IMG/VR virus record: IMGVR_UViG_3300024520_000005
Coordinates: 1 to 50,649 of that record
DNA: 50,649 nucleotides
Origin: a virus
Reading direction: 5' to 3' (one strand)
The notes under the pieces: generated by a model
The model's database searches: none
Seen by the model: the letters and a program-made list of their open reading frames with translations, nothing else
Told to the model about the DNA's origin: nothing
Position numbers and translations under genes: made by a program
Shown here: positions 1 through 8,337 of the stretch, one piece after another
How positions within the stretch are numbered: position 1 is the first letter of the stretch
How the letters are laid out: each line of letters opens with the position of its first letter

Positions 1-127
1 ACTGGGCGCGATGCTACAGGACTGCAACACTGTCCTCCCTGTCGCTATGGATGCTGGAGTGAATGCGTCTAGCTTCTACGTCCCCGCCTTGCAGGTAATC
101 TACAACGCCATCATCGCACTTAACGGC
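1..127. repeat. terminal overlap identical to 50523-50649 (circular contig closure)
   Basis: Bases 1-127 match 50523-50649 base for base (offset 50522). An ORF reads through the junction in frame. Confidence 0.9.
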
Positions 128-1288
128 GCAGGCAGGGCGGTAGACATGATCACTGTCTCCGACAAGCTGAAGCAGAGCGGGTCGCTGGAACAGGCAGGGG
201 GCGAGGTATTCATAGACAATCTCTGCGACTCCTGCGTCACTACAGCCCACAGCAGGCACTACGCAGACATCCTTGTGGGCCATGCCCTTACCCGTTCCGT
301 GATTCAGAGTGCCAGAGAGGTTGAGAATGACGCCATGAGCGGCAACGCTACGGGCGAGGAGCTTCGCAGCAAGGCTGAATACGCTTTCGCCAAGCTGGTG
401 GATGACTCAACAGACACCCCTGATGCTAGTCGCGCATTAGGTGAGGCAGCAGAGATGTGGGAACGGGCAAGGTCTACAGGCTGCGCTGGTATTCGTACAG
501 GCATCCCTCTCTTTGATGAGACATTTGGCGGCTTGCTTCCATCCTCGATCACGTTCATTTCTGGTGAGCCTGGAACTGGCAAGACAACGTTGGCTCGTAA
601 TATAGGTGAGAATATAGGTGAGCGTGGACTCAAGGTTGGCTACTTCACGCTAGAGCAGACAGAGGCTCAGATGTGGGGCGCGATAGCTGCTAGGTATGCT
701 GGGCAGTCTGTCTTCAAGCTAAACTGTGGATTCCGTGGTGAAGGGGCTGACATCCAGAAGGTGATTAAGGCTATGGATACTGTCAAGCAATGGCCTATCA
801 CTATGATTGACGCACCTCAGACGCCGACATCCTTGTGGTCTTCGGCTCGGCGCGGGGTCAGCAAGTTTGGATGGGATCTGCTAATCATAGATTACCTTCA
901 GAAGATCAGGGATGATATGCGGCACGATAGCCTTAGTGGTAAGGTTTCATACTTCTCCGACACAGTGTATGCCATAGCCAAGGCTCTGAAGCTTCCGGTG
1001 ATTGCTCTGAGTTCCCTGTCACGCGGCGATCAGATGTATGGGTCAGGCCAGCTTGATTTTGATGGCTGGAATCATGTGAGCCTCAAGAAAGCCGAGGACT
1101 TCAGAAGCTCCCATATCGTAGAGGCTTCCATTAAGAAGAATCGGTATGGCCCTAGCTCTGGACAGAGGCTCCTGAAGCTGCGAGATACAGGCTTCCTTGA
1201 ATCAGCGGATACTGTGACAGCAGGCTATGATGACGGTGATCCATTTGAATGCGAAGTTGACCTAGACATACAAGGAGACATGCAATGA
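2..1288 (+). CDS. dnaB: replicative DNA helicase DnaB (continuation of the ORF starting at 50473)
   Basis: Same frame as 50473-50649 across the junction. Walker A GEPGTGKTT, DYLQK region, SLSRG. The joined product is 445 aa. Confidence 0.85.
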   Translation: MGAMLQDCNTVLPVAMDAGVNASSFYVPALQVIYNAIIALNGAGRAVDMITVSDKLKQSGSLEQAGGEVFIDNLCDSCVTTAHSRHYADILVGHALTRSVIQSAREVENDAMSGNATGEELRSKAEYAFAKLVDDSTDTPDASRALGEAAEMWERARSTGCAGIRTGIPLFDETFGGLLPSSITFISGEPGTGKTTLARNIGENIGERGLKVGYFTLEQTEAQMWGAIAARYAGQSVFKLNCGFRGEGADIQKVIKAMDTVKQWPITMIDAPQTPTSLWSSARRGVSKFGWDLLIIDYLQKIRDDMRHDSLSGKVSYFSDTVYAIAKALKLPVIALSSLSRGDQMYGSGQLDFDGWNHVSLKKAEDFRSSHIVEASIKKNRYGPSSGQRLLKLRDTGFLESADTVTAGYDDGDPFECEVDLDIQGDMQ

Positions 1289-1440
1289 AAGAGCTACTGA
1301 AGCGATTGTTCTGCAAAATCGGGTGGCATTCATTCCCTTGTGGATTTGAGGGTCTGTATCATGATGGCTGCTCCATGCACTCGCGTTGCCGATGGTGCGG
1401 TTATGAGGGCATGGTAGATAGTCAGGGCAACCTGTTTTAA
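1285..1440 (+). CDS. small Cys-rich protein (51 aa)
   Basis: ATGA overlap with the dnaB stop and AAGGAGA upstream. Five Cys including CRWC. Below the track's size cut-off. Confidence 0.45.
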   Translation: MKELLKRLFCKIGWHSFPCGFEGLYHDGCSMHSRCRWCGYEGMVDSQGNLF

Positions 1441-1481
1441 TCACCATATAATCCGACAGCAACCGAAGAAGGCGAGGCGAA

Positions 1482-1820
1482 ATGAAGACAGCAAAAGAGT
1501 TAGTAGATGAGATCAACACAGCAGATATATGCTCACCGCATTACATTGATGACGAAATAGACTTCAGCGATGTAGCCCAAGTGGCCAGGATCAATCTGGA
1601 CGAGTATCGCTGGTACGTCATAGGCACAATCGTCTACAAGATTGGCGATGAGTTCATTGGTGTTCGTGGCCCTGTGTCGCTTAAGTCCGAATCAATGGGC
1701 TATAATGACCTCGACATAATCTTTTATGCGTTTGAGATGGAGGCGGTGCCGAGCGTGACATATAGAAGGAAGGGTCCTCCGCAGCCAACGACCGGCTCCA
1801 AAGAAAGCAGGGTAAAATGA
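1482..1820 (+). CDS. hypothetical protein (112 aa)
   Basis: Track ORF. GAGGCGAA ATG context shared with other genes of this arm. Confidence 0.6.
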   Translation: MKTAKELVDEINTADICSPHYIDDEIDFSDVAQVARINLDEYRWYVIGTIVYKIGDEFIGVRGPVSLKSESMGYNDLDIIFYAFEMEAVPSVTYRRKGPPQPTTGSKESRVK

Positions 1821-1963
1821 GCAGAGATAGGGGCTTAAATAAGTGTGGTTGTGGAGAAACTATTTCTTGGCGATACCATTTGTGCTGGAGGTGTTCTAGG
1901 AGAGAAACCTACAATACTATGATAAGGAAACGGAAAAATGAAAAACAAAAAAAGAACCACTGA
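1817..1963 (+). CDS. small zinc-ribbon-like protein (48 aa)
   Basis: ATGA overlap with the upstream stop. CGC...CWRC cysteine pairs and a basic tail. Overlaps the next gene by 26 nt. Confidence 0.35.
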   Translation: MSRDRGLNKCGCGETISWRYHLCWRCSRRETYNTMIRKRKNEKQKKNH

Positions 1964-2225
1964 TGAACTAACGGATGCAGAAGTCATTGATATCTGTAGA
2001 AGGCAAATCACAAGCGGCAACTATGTGGAATGTGTTTGCGGGAAATACGATCCTAGATTCCCTGAAGAATCAGCCCACAATGGCTTCCATACAGGGGTAG
2101 ACCGCTGTCCATATTGCGGGAAAGAGTTACAAGTAGTGTCCCACTTTAGCTTGAAGGATGTTTCTGATAACACGGACATATTCACCACTACCCATGACGA
2201 ACCCAAGGAAGGCGATACAACATGA
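1938..2225 (+). CDS. Cys-rich hypothetical protein (95 aa)
   Basis: Track ORF with an SD-like AAGGAAA upstream. CxC and CPYC pairs. Confidence 0.55.
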   Translation: MKNKKRTTDELTDAEVIDICRRQITSGNYVECVCGKYDPRFPEESAHNGFHTGVDRCPYCGKELQVVSHFSLKDVSDNTDIFTTTHDEPKEGDTT

Positions 2226-2455
2226 AAGACTTAATAGATATCTGCGACATCAACATACCGGACTCAACAGGCGAGCTGCGGGATATTGAGGAAATAATTG
2301 CCCAGCTTGCCAATGTGCATACAGGCTTTTCGACCCACGCTATGAGTGATCATGCCCTATACTTGCAGGGGCAGAAGAATATGCTGGGGCAGGTGATTGA
2401 TTATCTGCAATATCTTCTACCGGAGCCAATAGATGACAAAGGAGACATGCAATGA
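2222..2455 (+). CDS. hypothetical protein (77 aa)
   Basis: ATGA overlap, AAGGAAGG upstream. Confidence 0.55.
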   Translation: MKDLIDICDINIPDSTGELRDIEEIIAQLANVHTGFSTHAMSDHALYLQGQKNMLGQVIDYLQYLLPEPIDDKGDMQ

Positions 2456-2697
2456 CTAAACTAAGCGGCAGGACTACCAAGACAGGCACCAAGCCTAACG
2501 TGCGCTACGGGATGGGCGGGAAGGACATCATAGACTTACGCTGCCGAGGGGCTAAATGTCCCATGACGAATGCCTGTGGCCGGCATCGCACAGGGGCCTT
2601 CAATGAATGTCATGGCAAGCGCAGGGATGACGGGCTGTGGGAATGCCAGGAGTTTGCGTATGCTTATGAGATTCCGATGGACAAGGTGGCAGACTGA
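2452..2697 (+). CDS. Cys/His-rich hypothetical protein (81 aa)
   Basis: ATGA overlap. AAAGGAGACATGCAATG context identical to that at 1285. Confidence 0.55.
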   Translation: MTKLSGRTTKTGTKPNVRYGMGGKDIIDLRCRGAKCPMTNACGRHRTGAFNECHGKRRDDGLWECQEFAYAYEIPMDKVAD

Positions 2698-2897
2698 TGA
2701 CACTTTCAGATCCAACAGGCAGCATAACAAAACGGACAGGCCGACTTCAAGCCGACTTGTCGAGGTCGGGAGGCAGGCTCAAATCTGGGCATGGTTCGCT
2801 TGTTGCAACAGGCGGTAAGCCCATGCACCAAGCCTCTGCCACAACCTTGGAAACCCGTATGCTGAAGCTGGCGCGTCGGCGTTCCTGTTGGGTTTGA
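2697..2897 (+). CDS. hypothetical basic protein (66 aa)
   Basis: TGATG overlap. It fills an otherwise empty gap, but the composition is low-complexity. Confidence 0.3.
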   Translation: MTLSDPTGSITKRTGRLQADLSRSGGRLKSGHGSLVATGGKPMHQASATTLETRMLKLARRRSCWV

Positions 2898-2921
2898 TTC
2901 ACTACGAAAGGATGGGTAATT

Positions 2922-3209
2922 ATGAAGATGTATACCACAAGTCGTTTTGACAATAAGATAGAAGAAATAGAAGCCACAAGGACTACAGCGAAATCGGTAT
3001 GGTACATGGGAGACAGTTGGGGCAAGACCGAAGAGCGCAGGGCGGCTAGGCAGTCATCATATGAGCGATACTTCGACACATGGGAAGAGGCCCACGCATA
3101 TCTACTCGGAAGGACGGAGCGGGCGTTAGCTCAGGCGCGGAGACAGCTACAGAATGCACAGGGTGAACACGGCAACGTCAAAGGCATGAAGCAGGAGCCT
3201 ACATCATGA
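2922..3209 (+). CDS. hypothetical protein (95 aa)
   Basis: Track ORF, AAGGATGGG upstream. Confidence 0.6.
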   Translation: MKMYTTSRFDNKIEEIEATRTTAKSVWYMGDSWGKTEERRAARQSSYERYFDTWEEAHAYLLGRTERALAQARRQLQNAQGEHGNVKGMKQEPTS

Positions 3210-3481
3210 CTAAGAAAAAGACCCCCAAGAAACCTAAATGCGACTGTGCCTTCTGGGGCCTACGACTCTGCTCCTGCCACAAGCCTGCCCCGCCGCCGCC
3301 AGATGATTGCGCTAACTGTAAGCATAATCTGCCCAACGGCTGCGAATGGCTCAAGCTACGCGTGGCTGTGCGATGGGAAGGCCTATTGCTTGAAGGCGAG
3401 CATTTGCGGGTGAATCCGACAGATGGGCCGATGGTTTGCGGGGAGCATGAGAGGGCAGAAGAAAGCGAGGTGGGCAAATGA
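3206..3481 (+). CDS. Cys-rich hypothetical protein (91 aa)
   Basis: ATGA overlap, AGGAG upstream, multiple CxC/CxxC pairs. Confidence 0.55.
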   Translation: MTKKKTPKKPKCDCAFWGLRLCSCHKPAPPPPDDCANCKHNLPNGCEWLKLRVAVRWEGLLLEGEHLRVNPTDGPMVCGEHERAEESEVGK

Positions 3482-3687
3482 GCGGGTTTCTATGTGGCCC
3501 AAAAATCTACGAGTACGCAGGCTGGATCTTTGAGTTTGGGTATTGTGGGCCGTGGCCACTGAAGAAGAACGGCGAGCTGCGTAAGAAGGCTGGACGCAAG
3601 TTCTATAGGGATATCCAACCGATGATAGATATGACTGACGAAGAGAAAAGAGAGTATCGAGTGGGCGGCGGGTGTGTGGCATTCTAA
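3478..3687 (+). CDS. hypothetical protein (69 aa)
   Basis: ATGA overlap, GAGGTGGG upstream. Confidence 0.55.
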   Translation: MSGFLCGPKIYEYAGWIFEFGYCGPWPLKKNGELRKKAGRKFYRDIQPMIDMTDEEKREYRVGGGCVAF

Positions 3688-3718
3688 CACTAACGACAAA
3701 CAGCGAGGAGGGTGTCTA

Positions 3719-3856
3719 ATGTTTTATGTTGAACAATACGGGAGATTCTATGGCCCTTACGGTATCGGCTATGCGGTGAGGTTGTGTGGAAATCTTAATT
3801 TCTTGAATCATAGATCGGCAACAGTTCGGGGCAGTCGTGGTAGATTCGTAGATTAA
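3719..3856 (+). CDS. hypothetical protein (45 aa)
   Basis: Internal ATG of track ORF 3674-3856, preceded by GAGGAGGG. Confidence 0.4.
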   Translation: MFYVEQYGRFYGPYGIGYAVRLCGNLNFLNHRSATVRGSRGRFVD

Positions 3857-3878
3857 CGACATCGGGAGGAGAAACGAA

Positions 3879-4100
3879 ATGAAGAAGCGGCAAAAATTAG
3901 TGACAGTACGAAATGATGGCGAGGGTGATTTTTCTGCAATGTGCAATTCTCTGCTAGAGGTCGGCTATGTTCTCAGTTCGTCATGTTGTGGATTCGTGAA
4001 CAGCGAAAGCTATAACTTTATTGACGTATGGATGGCGATCTTTGTGCTTCCAGATTCGCACGATAATCCGACAGCACCCAAAGAAAGTGAGGCGAAATGA
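3879..4100 (+). CDS. hypothetical protein (73 aa)
   Basis: Track ORF, GGGAGGAG upstream. Confidence 0.55.
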   Translation: MKKRQKLVTVRNDGEGDFSAMCNSLLEVGYVLSSSCCGFVNSESYNFIDVWMAIFVLPDSHDNPTAPKESEAK

Positions 4101-4207
4101 AGAAGGAATGTGACCATTCGGACTACTACACACGGACCATTATGGGCTTTACGTTCCATGTTTGCCGCAAGTGTGGCTACCAGTGGAAAGAAAGCGAGGC
4201 GAAATGA
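4097..4207 (+). CDS. small zinc-ribbon-like protein (36 aa)
   Basis: ATGA overlaps at both ends, GAGGCGAA ATG context, CxxC pair. Confidence 0.4.
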   Translation: MKKECDHSDYYTRTIMGFTFHVCRKCGYQWKESEAK

Positions 4208-4734
4208 CAACGAAACCAGATGCAAAGAAGCCAAAACTCAAAGACCTACCATTTAAGGAGAAACTGAAAGACATACGCACTTGGATGCACGTCCCCCACG
4301 GCCTGATAGACACTGGCCCAATAGGAGTGCTTGTGGTTGCCCTTGTGCGCTTCGATATAGACCCACATGTGGCCTATTGCCTGACTGCGCTGACGATTAC
4401 CTTTGTGCTTATGTTCAAGATCATATTCTTGCTCTACGAATGGTGGGAGCATCTGCGTACAGGTGACGGCGCAGACCTTGATTTGATCGGCCCAATGATC
4501 GGCAGGACAGCCGTGTTAATAGCCGTAATCATGGCGATACCTGAAGCAAGAGGCATATCGCTTGAATTGCTCAAGGCCATAGTGGGCCTGCTCAAGAAGG
4601 TTCCTGGCAGTGGATACCTGAAAGCACTTGGCATATTCGGGGCAGGCGGCGTCACAACGATCGTAGGTAAAGGGTTACTCGGCAAGGCGAAGGCATGGAT
4701 CAAGACGAAGATTGGGCAGAAAGGCGGGGAATAA
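4204..4734 (+). CDS. multi-pass membrane protein (176 aa)
   Basis: Internal ATG of track ORF 4162-4734 with GAGGCGAA upstream. Three to four hydrophobic helices. Confidence 0.6.
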   Translation: MTTKPDAKKPKLKDLPFKEKLKDIRTWMHVPHGLIDTGPIGVLVVALVRFDIDPHVAYCLTALTITFVLMFKIIFLLYEWWEHLRTGDGADLDLIGPMIGRTAVLIAVIMAIPEARGISLELLKAIVGLLKKVPGSGYLKALGIFGAGGVTTIVGKGLLGKAKAWIKTKIGQKGGE

Positions 4735-4919
4735 TGGGGATGCCGTCAACAGACGATGTGCGCGAATGGATCGAGGCATGGTGGAGCAAGCCTGTCGAAT
4801 GGCAGCGCGACCAGATCAAAGAACTAGGGCCAGACTACGCGCAAATGTTGCGAGGAATTGCCAGCACCATTGAGTCGCATCACATAGGCAGGCGAAAGCC
4901 CAAGAAAGGCGGGGAGTGA
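4734..4919 (+). CDS. hypothetical protein (61 aa)
   Basis: TAATG overlap, GGCGGGGA upstream. Confidence 0.5.
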   Translation: MGMPSTDDVREWIEAWWSKPVEWQRDQIKELGPDYAQMLRGIASTIESHHIGRRKPKKGGE

Positions 4920-4921
4920 TC

Positions 4922-5083
4922 ATGTACATCAGCAAAAGAAAGCGTCAAGCAATGCAACAGAAGGCAGCTAAATACGTGGCTATGATGACCACCTGTGGCA
5001 TCCCTACAGACCGCTCATGGATAGATGTCTGCGAGGTGGTAGGTGAATGGATGGCTGACAGGCGGCGAAGGGGTGACAGCTAA
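4922..5083 (+). CDS. hypothetical protein (53 aa)
   Basis: ATG 2 nt after the upstream stop, GGCGGGGAG upstream. Below the track's size cut-off. Confidence 0.4.
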   Translation: MYISKRKRQAMQQKAAKYVAMMTTCGIPTDRSWIDVCEVVGEWMADRRRRGDS

Positions 5084-5101
5084 CAGAAAGGGCGGTGAAT
5101 C

Positions 5102-5968
5102 ATGGGCTACATGCACATAGATAATCTCTACAAGAATCAGAAGGTGCTGCTCTGCAAGGGGCTATATGCAATGGAGAAGATTCATGGCACTTCTGCACAC
5201 ATTGGCTACAGAAATGATACCATCAGCTACTTCTCTGGCGGGGCGAAGCATGACATATTCCTTGCCATATTTGACCACGACAGGCTCATGCATTTATTCG
5301 TGGATCTGGGGCAGACTGACATCACTGTGTACGGCGAGGCATACGGGGCCAAGGTGAATGGGATGCGCGAAACATACGGCGAAAGCCTGCGCTTCGTGGT
5401 GTTCGATGTGAAGATTGATAAGACATGGCTACGTGTTCCTGACGCTGAGGATGTGGCCCAGAAGCTAGGGCTGGAGTTTGTGGACTACAAGCAGGTGTCA
5501 AGCGACCTTGAGGCCATTGATGCCGAGCGTGACAGGGACTCTACACAGGCTATCAGAAATGGCATAGGCGCGGGTAAGATGCGGGAAGGTGTAGTGTTGC
5601 GGCCATTAGAGGAGTTAAGGGATTCTCGCGGCAATAGAATCATGGCAAAGCATAAGCGTGATGAGTTCATGGAGCATAGGACTAAGCGCAAGGTTGTAGA
5701 TCCAGCCAAGCTCAAGGTGCTACAGGAAGCTCAGTCCATAGCTATAGAATGGGTGACACTAATGCGCCTGACTCATGTGCTAGACAAGATGCCCGAAGCA
5801 GAGCCGAATATCGAAGATACAGGCAAGGTGATCAAGGCCATGGTTGAGGACGTGACGCGGGAGGCCAAGGGTGAGATTGTCGACAGTAAGCAGGCCCGTA
5901 CAGAGATTGGCAAAGCTACAGCCAAGTTGTTCAAGAAGCACTTACAGGCTAGGCTAGGTGCAGTATGA
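5102..5968 (+). CDS. Rnl2-family ATP-dependent RNA ligase
   Basis: Nucleotidyltransferase motifs colinear with T4 Rnl2: EKIHGTS (I), YGEAYGAKV (IIIa), FVVFDV, EGVVLRP (IV), AKHKRDEF (V). An Rnl2-like C-terminal domain follows (WVTLMRL...GKVIKAMVEDV). Confidence 0.8.
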   Translation: MGYMHIDNLYKNQKVLLCKGLYAMEKIHGTSAHIGYRNDTISYFSGGAKHDIFLAIFDHDRLMHLFVDLGQTDITVYGEAYGAKVNGMRETYGESLRFVVFDVKIDKTWLRVPDAEDVAQKLGLEFVDYKQVSSDLEAIDAERDRDSTQAIRNGIGAGKMREGVVLRPLEELRDSRGNRIMAKHKRDEFMEHRTKRKVVDPAKLKVLQEAQSIAIEWVTLMRLTHVLDKMPEAEPNIEDTGKVIKAMVEDVTREAKGEIVDSKQARTEIGKATAKLFKKHLQARLGAV

Positions 5969-6135
5969 GCAAGCCTAAGCTGGAAGATATGCCTCAAAAT
6001 TTCCGCGAGGATGGCAAGGCTTATGTAGTACGCTGCCCTGCCTGCAAGCGGGAGAACTACGCGATAGCTGTATCCTCTGGAGCCTGTGCATGGTGTGGAT
6101 GGGAAGCTGAGGAGGGGGAGGAAGATGATGGATGA
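5965..6135 (+). CDS. small zinc-ribbon protein (56 aa)
   Basis: ATGA overlap. CPAC...CAWC pairs and an acidic tail. Confidence 0.45.
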   Translation: MSKPKLEDMPQNFREDGKAYVVRCPACKRENYAIAVSSGACAWCGWEAEEGEEDDG

Positions 6136-6502
6136 GCTGGTTGTTATGGCCGATTCAGGGAAGCGGGAGGAGTTCAAGTCTGGGGCTGTCCGTGACACAG
6201 CAGAGGGCAAGCCACGCCCCGACTTGATTAGCCCATTCTTTGAGGAAAGGCTAGGCGCATGGCTGGAGCTGGGGGCCGCTAAGTATTCGGACCATAACTG
6301 GACCAAGGGTATCCCCATCTCCCGCTGCTACGCATCGCTACGCCGCCATCTAATGCAATGGGCGCAGGGCAGGGATGATGAGGACCATATGGCAGCTGTA
6401 GCCTGTAATGTAATGTTCATAATCCATAACGAAGAAGCCGTGAAAAAGGGTTTACTTCCTGACAGCATGGATGACATGCCCGACTACAAGGGGAGGCAAT
6501 GA
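6125..6502 (+). CDS. DUF5664-like protein (dATP/dGTP diphosphohydrolase N-terminal-like, MazG-type all-alpha)
   Basis: Pattern GKPRPDLISP...LGAWLELGAAKYSDHNWTKG...LRRHL...DEDHMAAVACN is recalled from that family. Start taken at the ATG after GGAGGGGGAGG. Confidence 0.45.
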   Translation: MMDELVVMADSGKREEFKSGAVRDTAEGKPRPDLISPFFEERLGAWLELGAAKYSDHNWTKGIPISRCYASLRRHLMQWAQGRDDEDHMAAVACNVMFIIHNEEAVKKGLLPDSMDDMPDYKGRQ

Positions 6503-6723
6503 CCCAATCTCGCAAACGTAGCTTCATAGAGGCATTGATCAATCTAATTATAGGATTTATTATTTCCGTTGCCTCGCAGTTTGTGATATACACGCATCTT
6601 GGATTAGGGGAGGGGAGGGCTGTAGCATGGGGCGCAGGCACCACGTTGTACTTCACGACGATAAGCCTGATACGTACATACACACTACGAAGGCTATTCA
6701 ACAGAGGGGATGGGGAGCAATGA
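6499..6723 (+). CDS. small two-helix membrane protein (74 aa)
   Basis: ATGA overlap, GGGGAGG upstream, two hydrophobic segments. Confidence 0.55.
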   Translation: MTQSRKRSFIEALINLIIGFIISVASQFVIYTHLGLGEGRAVAWGAGTTLYFTTISLIRTYTLRRLFNRGDGEQ

Positions 6724-7091
6724 CCACAGCAGCTAGATACGCAAAGCTCAAAAGGGAAGGGAGATGCTTAGGCTGCGGGAAGTCCGATCATGGCGAGCTA
6801 ACGGCAGGCCGCTGTAAGGTATGCCATGACAAGTATTTGGGGGCTAAAATAAACCTACGAAGGAGGCATTATCGGGAAAAAACATGTACCCGTTGCGGCT
6901 CTCGACCCGCGACATGCGGAACATGCTGTCAGCAATGTGCAAAACAGAAAAGGGTAGGGATGATAAAGATATACTATAAGAGAATAGCTGAGGGGCTATG
7001 CTACTCTTGCGGCGTCCCGTCATACGGGGGGCTTACTTTATGCCCTTCGTGTCAAGGCAGAAAACAACACCTGAGAAGGAGTAACATATGA
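6720..7091 (+). CDS. Cys-rich multi-zinc-ribbon protein (123 aa)
   Basis: ATGA overlap. At least five CxxC pairs interleaved with basic R/K-Y repeats. Confidence 0.55.
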   Translation: MTTAARYAKLKREGRCLGCGKSDHGELTAGRCKVCHDKYLGAKINLRRRHYREKTCTRCGSRPATCGTCCQQCAKQKRVGMIKIYYKRIAEGLCYSCGVPSYGGLTLCPSCQGRKQHLRRSNI

Positions 7092-7945
7092 GAGCAGAAG
7101 CTACACATCTGGAATTCGGCAAGAAAAAGACTACAAGAATAGCAGCAACTTCATGCTGGCATATCGGCTTCAAGGCAATCCATGAAGCGGGTATTCACTA
7201 CATGCTCAAGCGGTTCAGGCAGAAGCGTATTCCGTGGTGGCATTTGGGCGACCTAGTGGAAGGCATCCATCCTGATGACCCACGCTTCGGCCTGGAGCAG
7301 CATCAGACAACCATCCTGCAAGAGATGAATCTGTCTGTGGATTGGATCAAGGAAGCCAAGAAGACATGCGGCGGGTTAATCATGGGCAACCATGAATGGC
7401 GGCTCGGTAACACAATCGGCAATGTGACCAAGCAGCTAGCTGACAGGGCTGGCGTTGACTACTTAGGCGCAACGTGCATGATGGATGTCCATTGCCCTGA
7501 TGGTGCCATGAAGCTGTTTCTGAAGCACACTAACATCATTATGGGCGGCTGTTCGGGCGAGCCAGAGCGTCAGGCATTGAATAGATGCATCAGGCTACGT
7601 GCCAGGCTGAAGTCCTTTGGCGGCGACCTGAAGCTGGTAGGCCACGGCCATCAGGCTGTCATAGCCCCGCCTGTCTTCAAGAAGCAGCTACAAACTGAAG
7701 GGACTAAGACTAAGCTGCGCCCCACTCCCTGTCATGGCGAATGGTGCGCTATGGCCCCAGCCATGTATGTCAACTATTCGGATGATGTAGACGTTGTGGG
7801 TTACGCCGAAATCTATGGCTATCCCCCCACGGATCTAGGCTGGATAGAAGCTATCATAGAGCGTGATGGTACTGTGGCTGCTGTCGAGCATCGAATGGAA
7901 GATGGCAAAGTGGCGTTACGGGTCGAGCCTACGGTGGTGGCATAA
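7088..7945 (+). CDS. calcineurin-like metallophosphoesterase
   Basis: Motifs SCWHIG (Cys where motif I normally has Asp), GDLVEG, GNHE, KH and GHGH in canonical order. Confidence 0.7.
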   Translation: MRAEATHLEFGKKKTTRIAATSCWHIGFKAIHEAGIHYMLKRFRQKRIPWWHLGDLVEGIHPDDPRFGLEQHQTTILQEMNLSVDWIKEAKKTCGGLIMGNHEWRLGNTIGNVTKQLADRAGVDYLGATCMMDVHCPDGAMKLFLKHTNIIMGGCSGEPERQALNRCIRLRARLKSFGGDLKLVGHGHQAVIAPPVFKKQLQTEGTKTKLRPTPCHGEWCAMAPAMYVNYSDDVDVVGYAEIYGYPPTDLGWIEAIIERDGTVAAVEHRMEDGKVALRVEPTVVA

Positions 7946-8337
7946 TGCGCTGCGTTATTACCATTAAGCCGATGGGTAAGCCTCGTATGACTCAGCGCGA
8001 TGTCTGGAAGAAGCGGCCATGCGTTATGCGTTATCGCGCCTTCTGTGACGATCTACGCGCTAGAGTGGTTGTTCCTGATGATGTGGCGCAGCTATCTTGG
8101 ATTGCGTATCTTCCTATGCCTAAGTCATGGTCGAAGAAGAAGACGGATGTAATGCGAGGCCAACCACACAGGCAGCGTCCCGACAGGGATAATATCGACA
8201 AGGCGATCTTAGATGCGTTGTTCAAGGATGATTCCGGTGTGTATTCAGGGCATATTGAGAAGCGATGGGATGATGGGAAAGGGATGCGGCTCGAAATCGA
8301 GATGACAGCGAACAAGAAAGAAGGGGAGAAGAAATGA
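7945..8337 (+). CDS. rusA: RusA-family Holliday junction resolvase
   Basis: KPRMTQRD..., RPDRDNIDKAILDAL, KDDSGV. Size is typical at 130 aa. Confidence 0.75.
   Translation: MRCVITIKPMGKPRMTQRDVWKKRPCVMRYRAFCDDLRARVVVPDDVAQLSWIAYLPMPKSWSKKKTDVMRGQPHRQRPDRDNIDKAILDALFKDDSGVYSGHIEKRWDDGKGMRLEIEMTANKKEGEKK

Noticed and set aside
5773-6318. 181-aa minus-strand ORF across the Rnl2, zinc-ribbon and DUF5664 genes
   Set aside because: It is antisense to three tightly coupled plus-strand genes with recognisable motifs, and its own sequence is S/L/P-rich.
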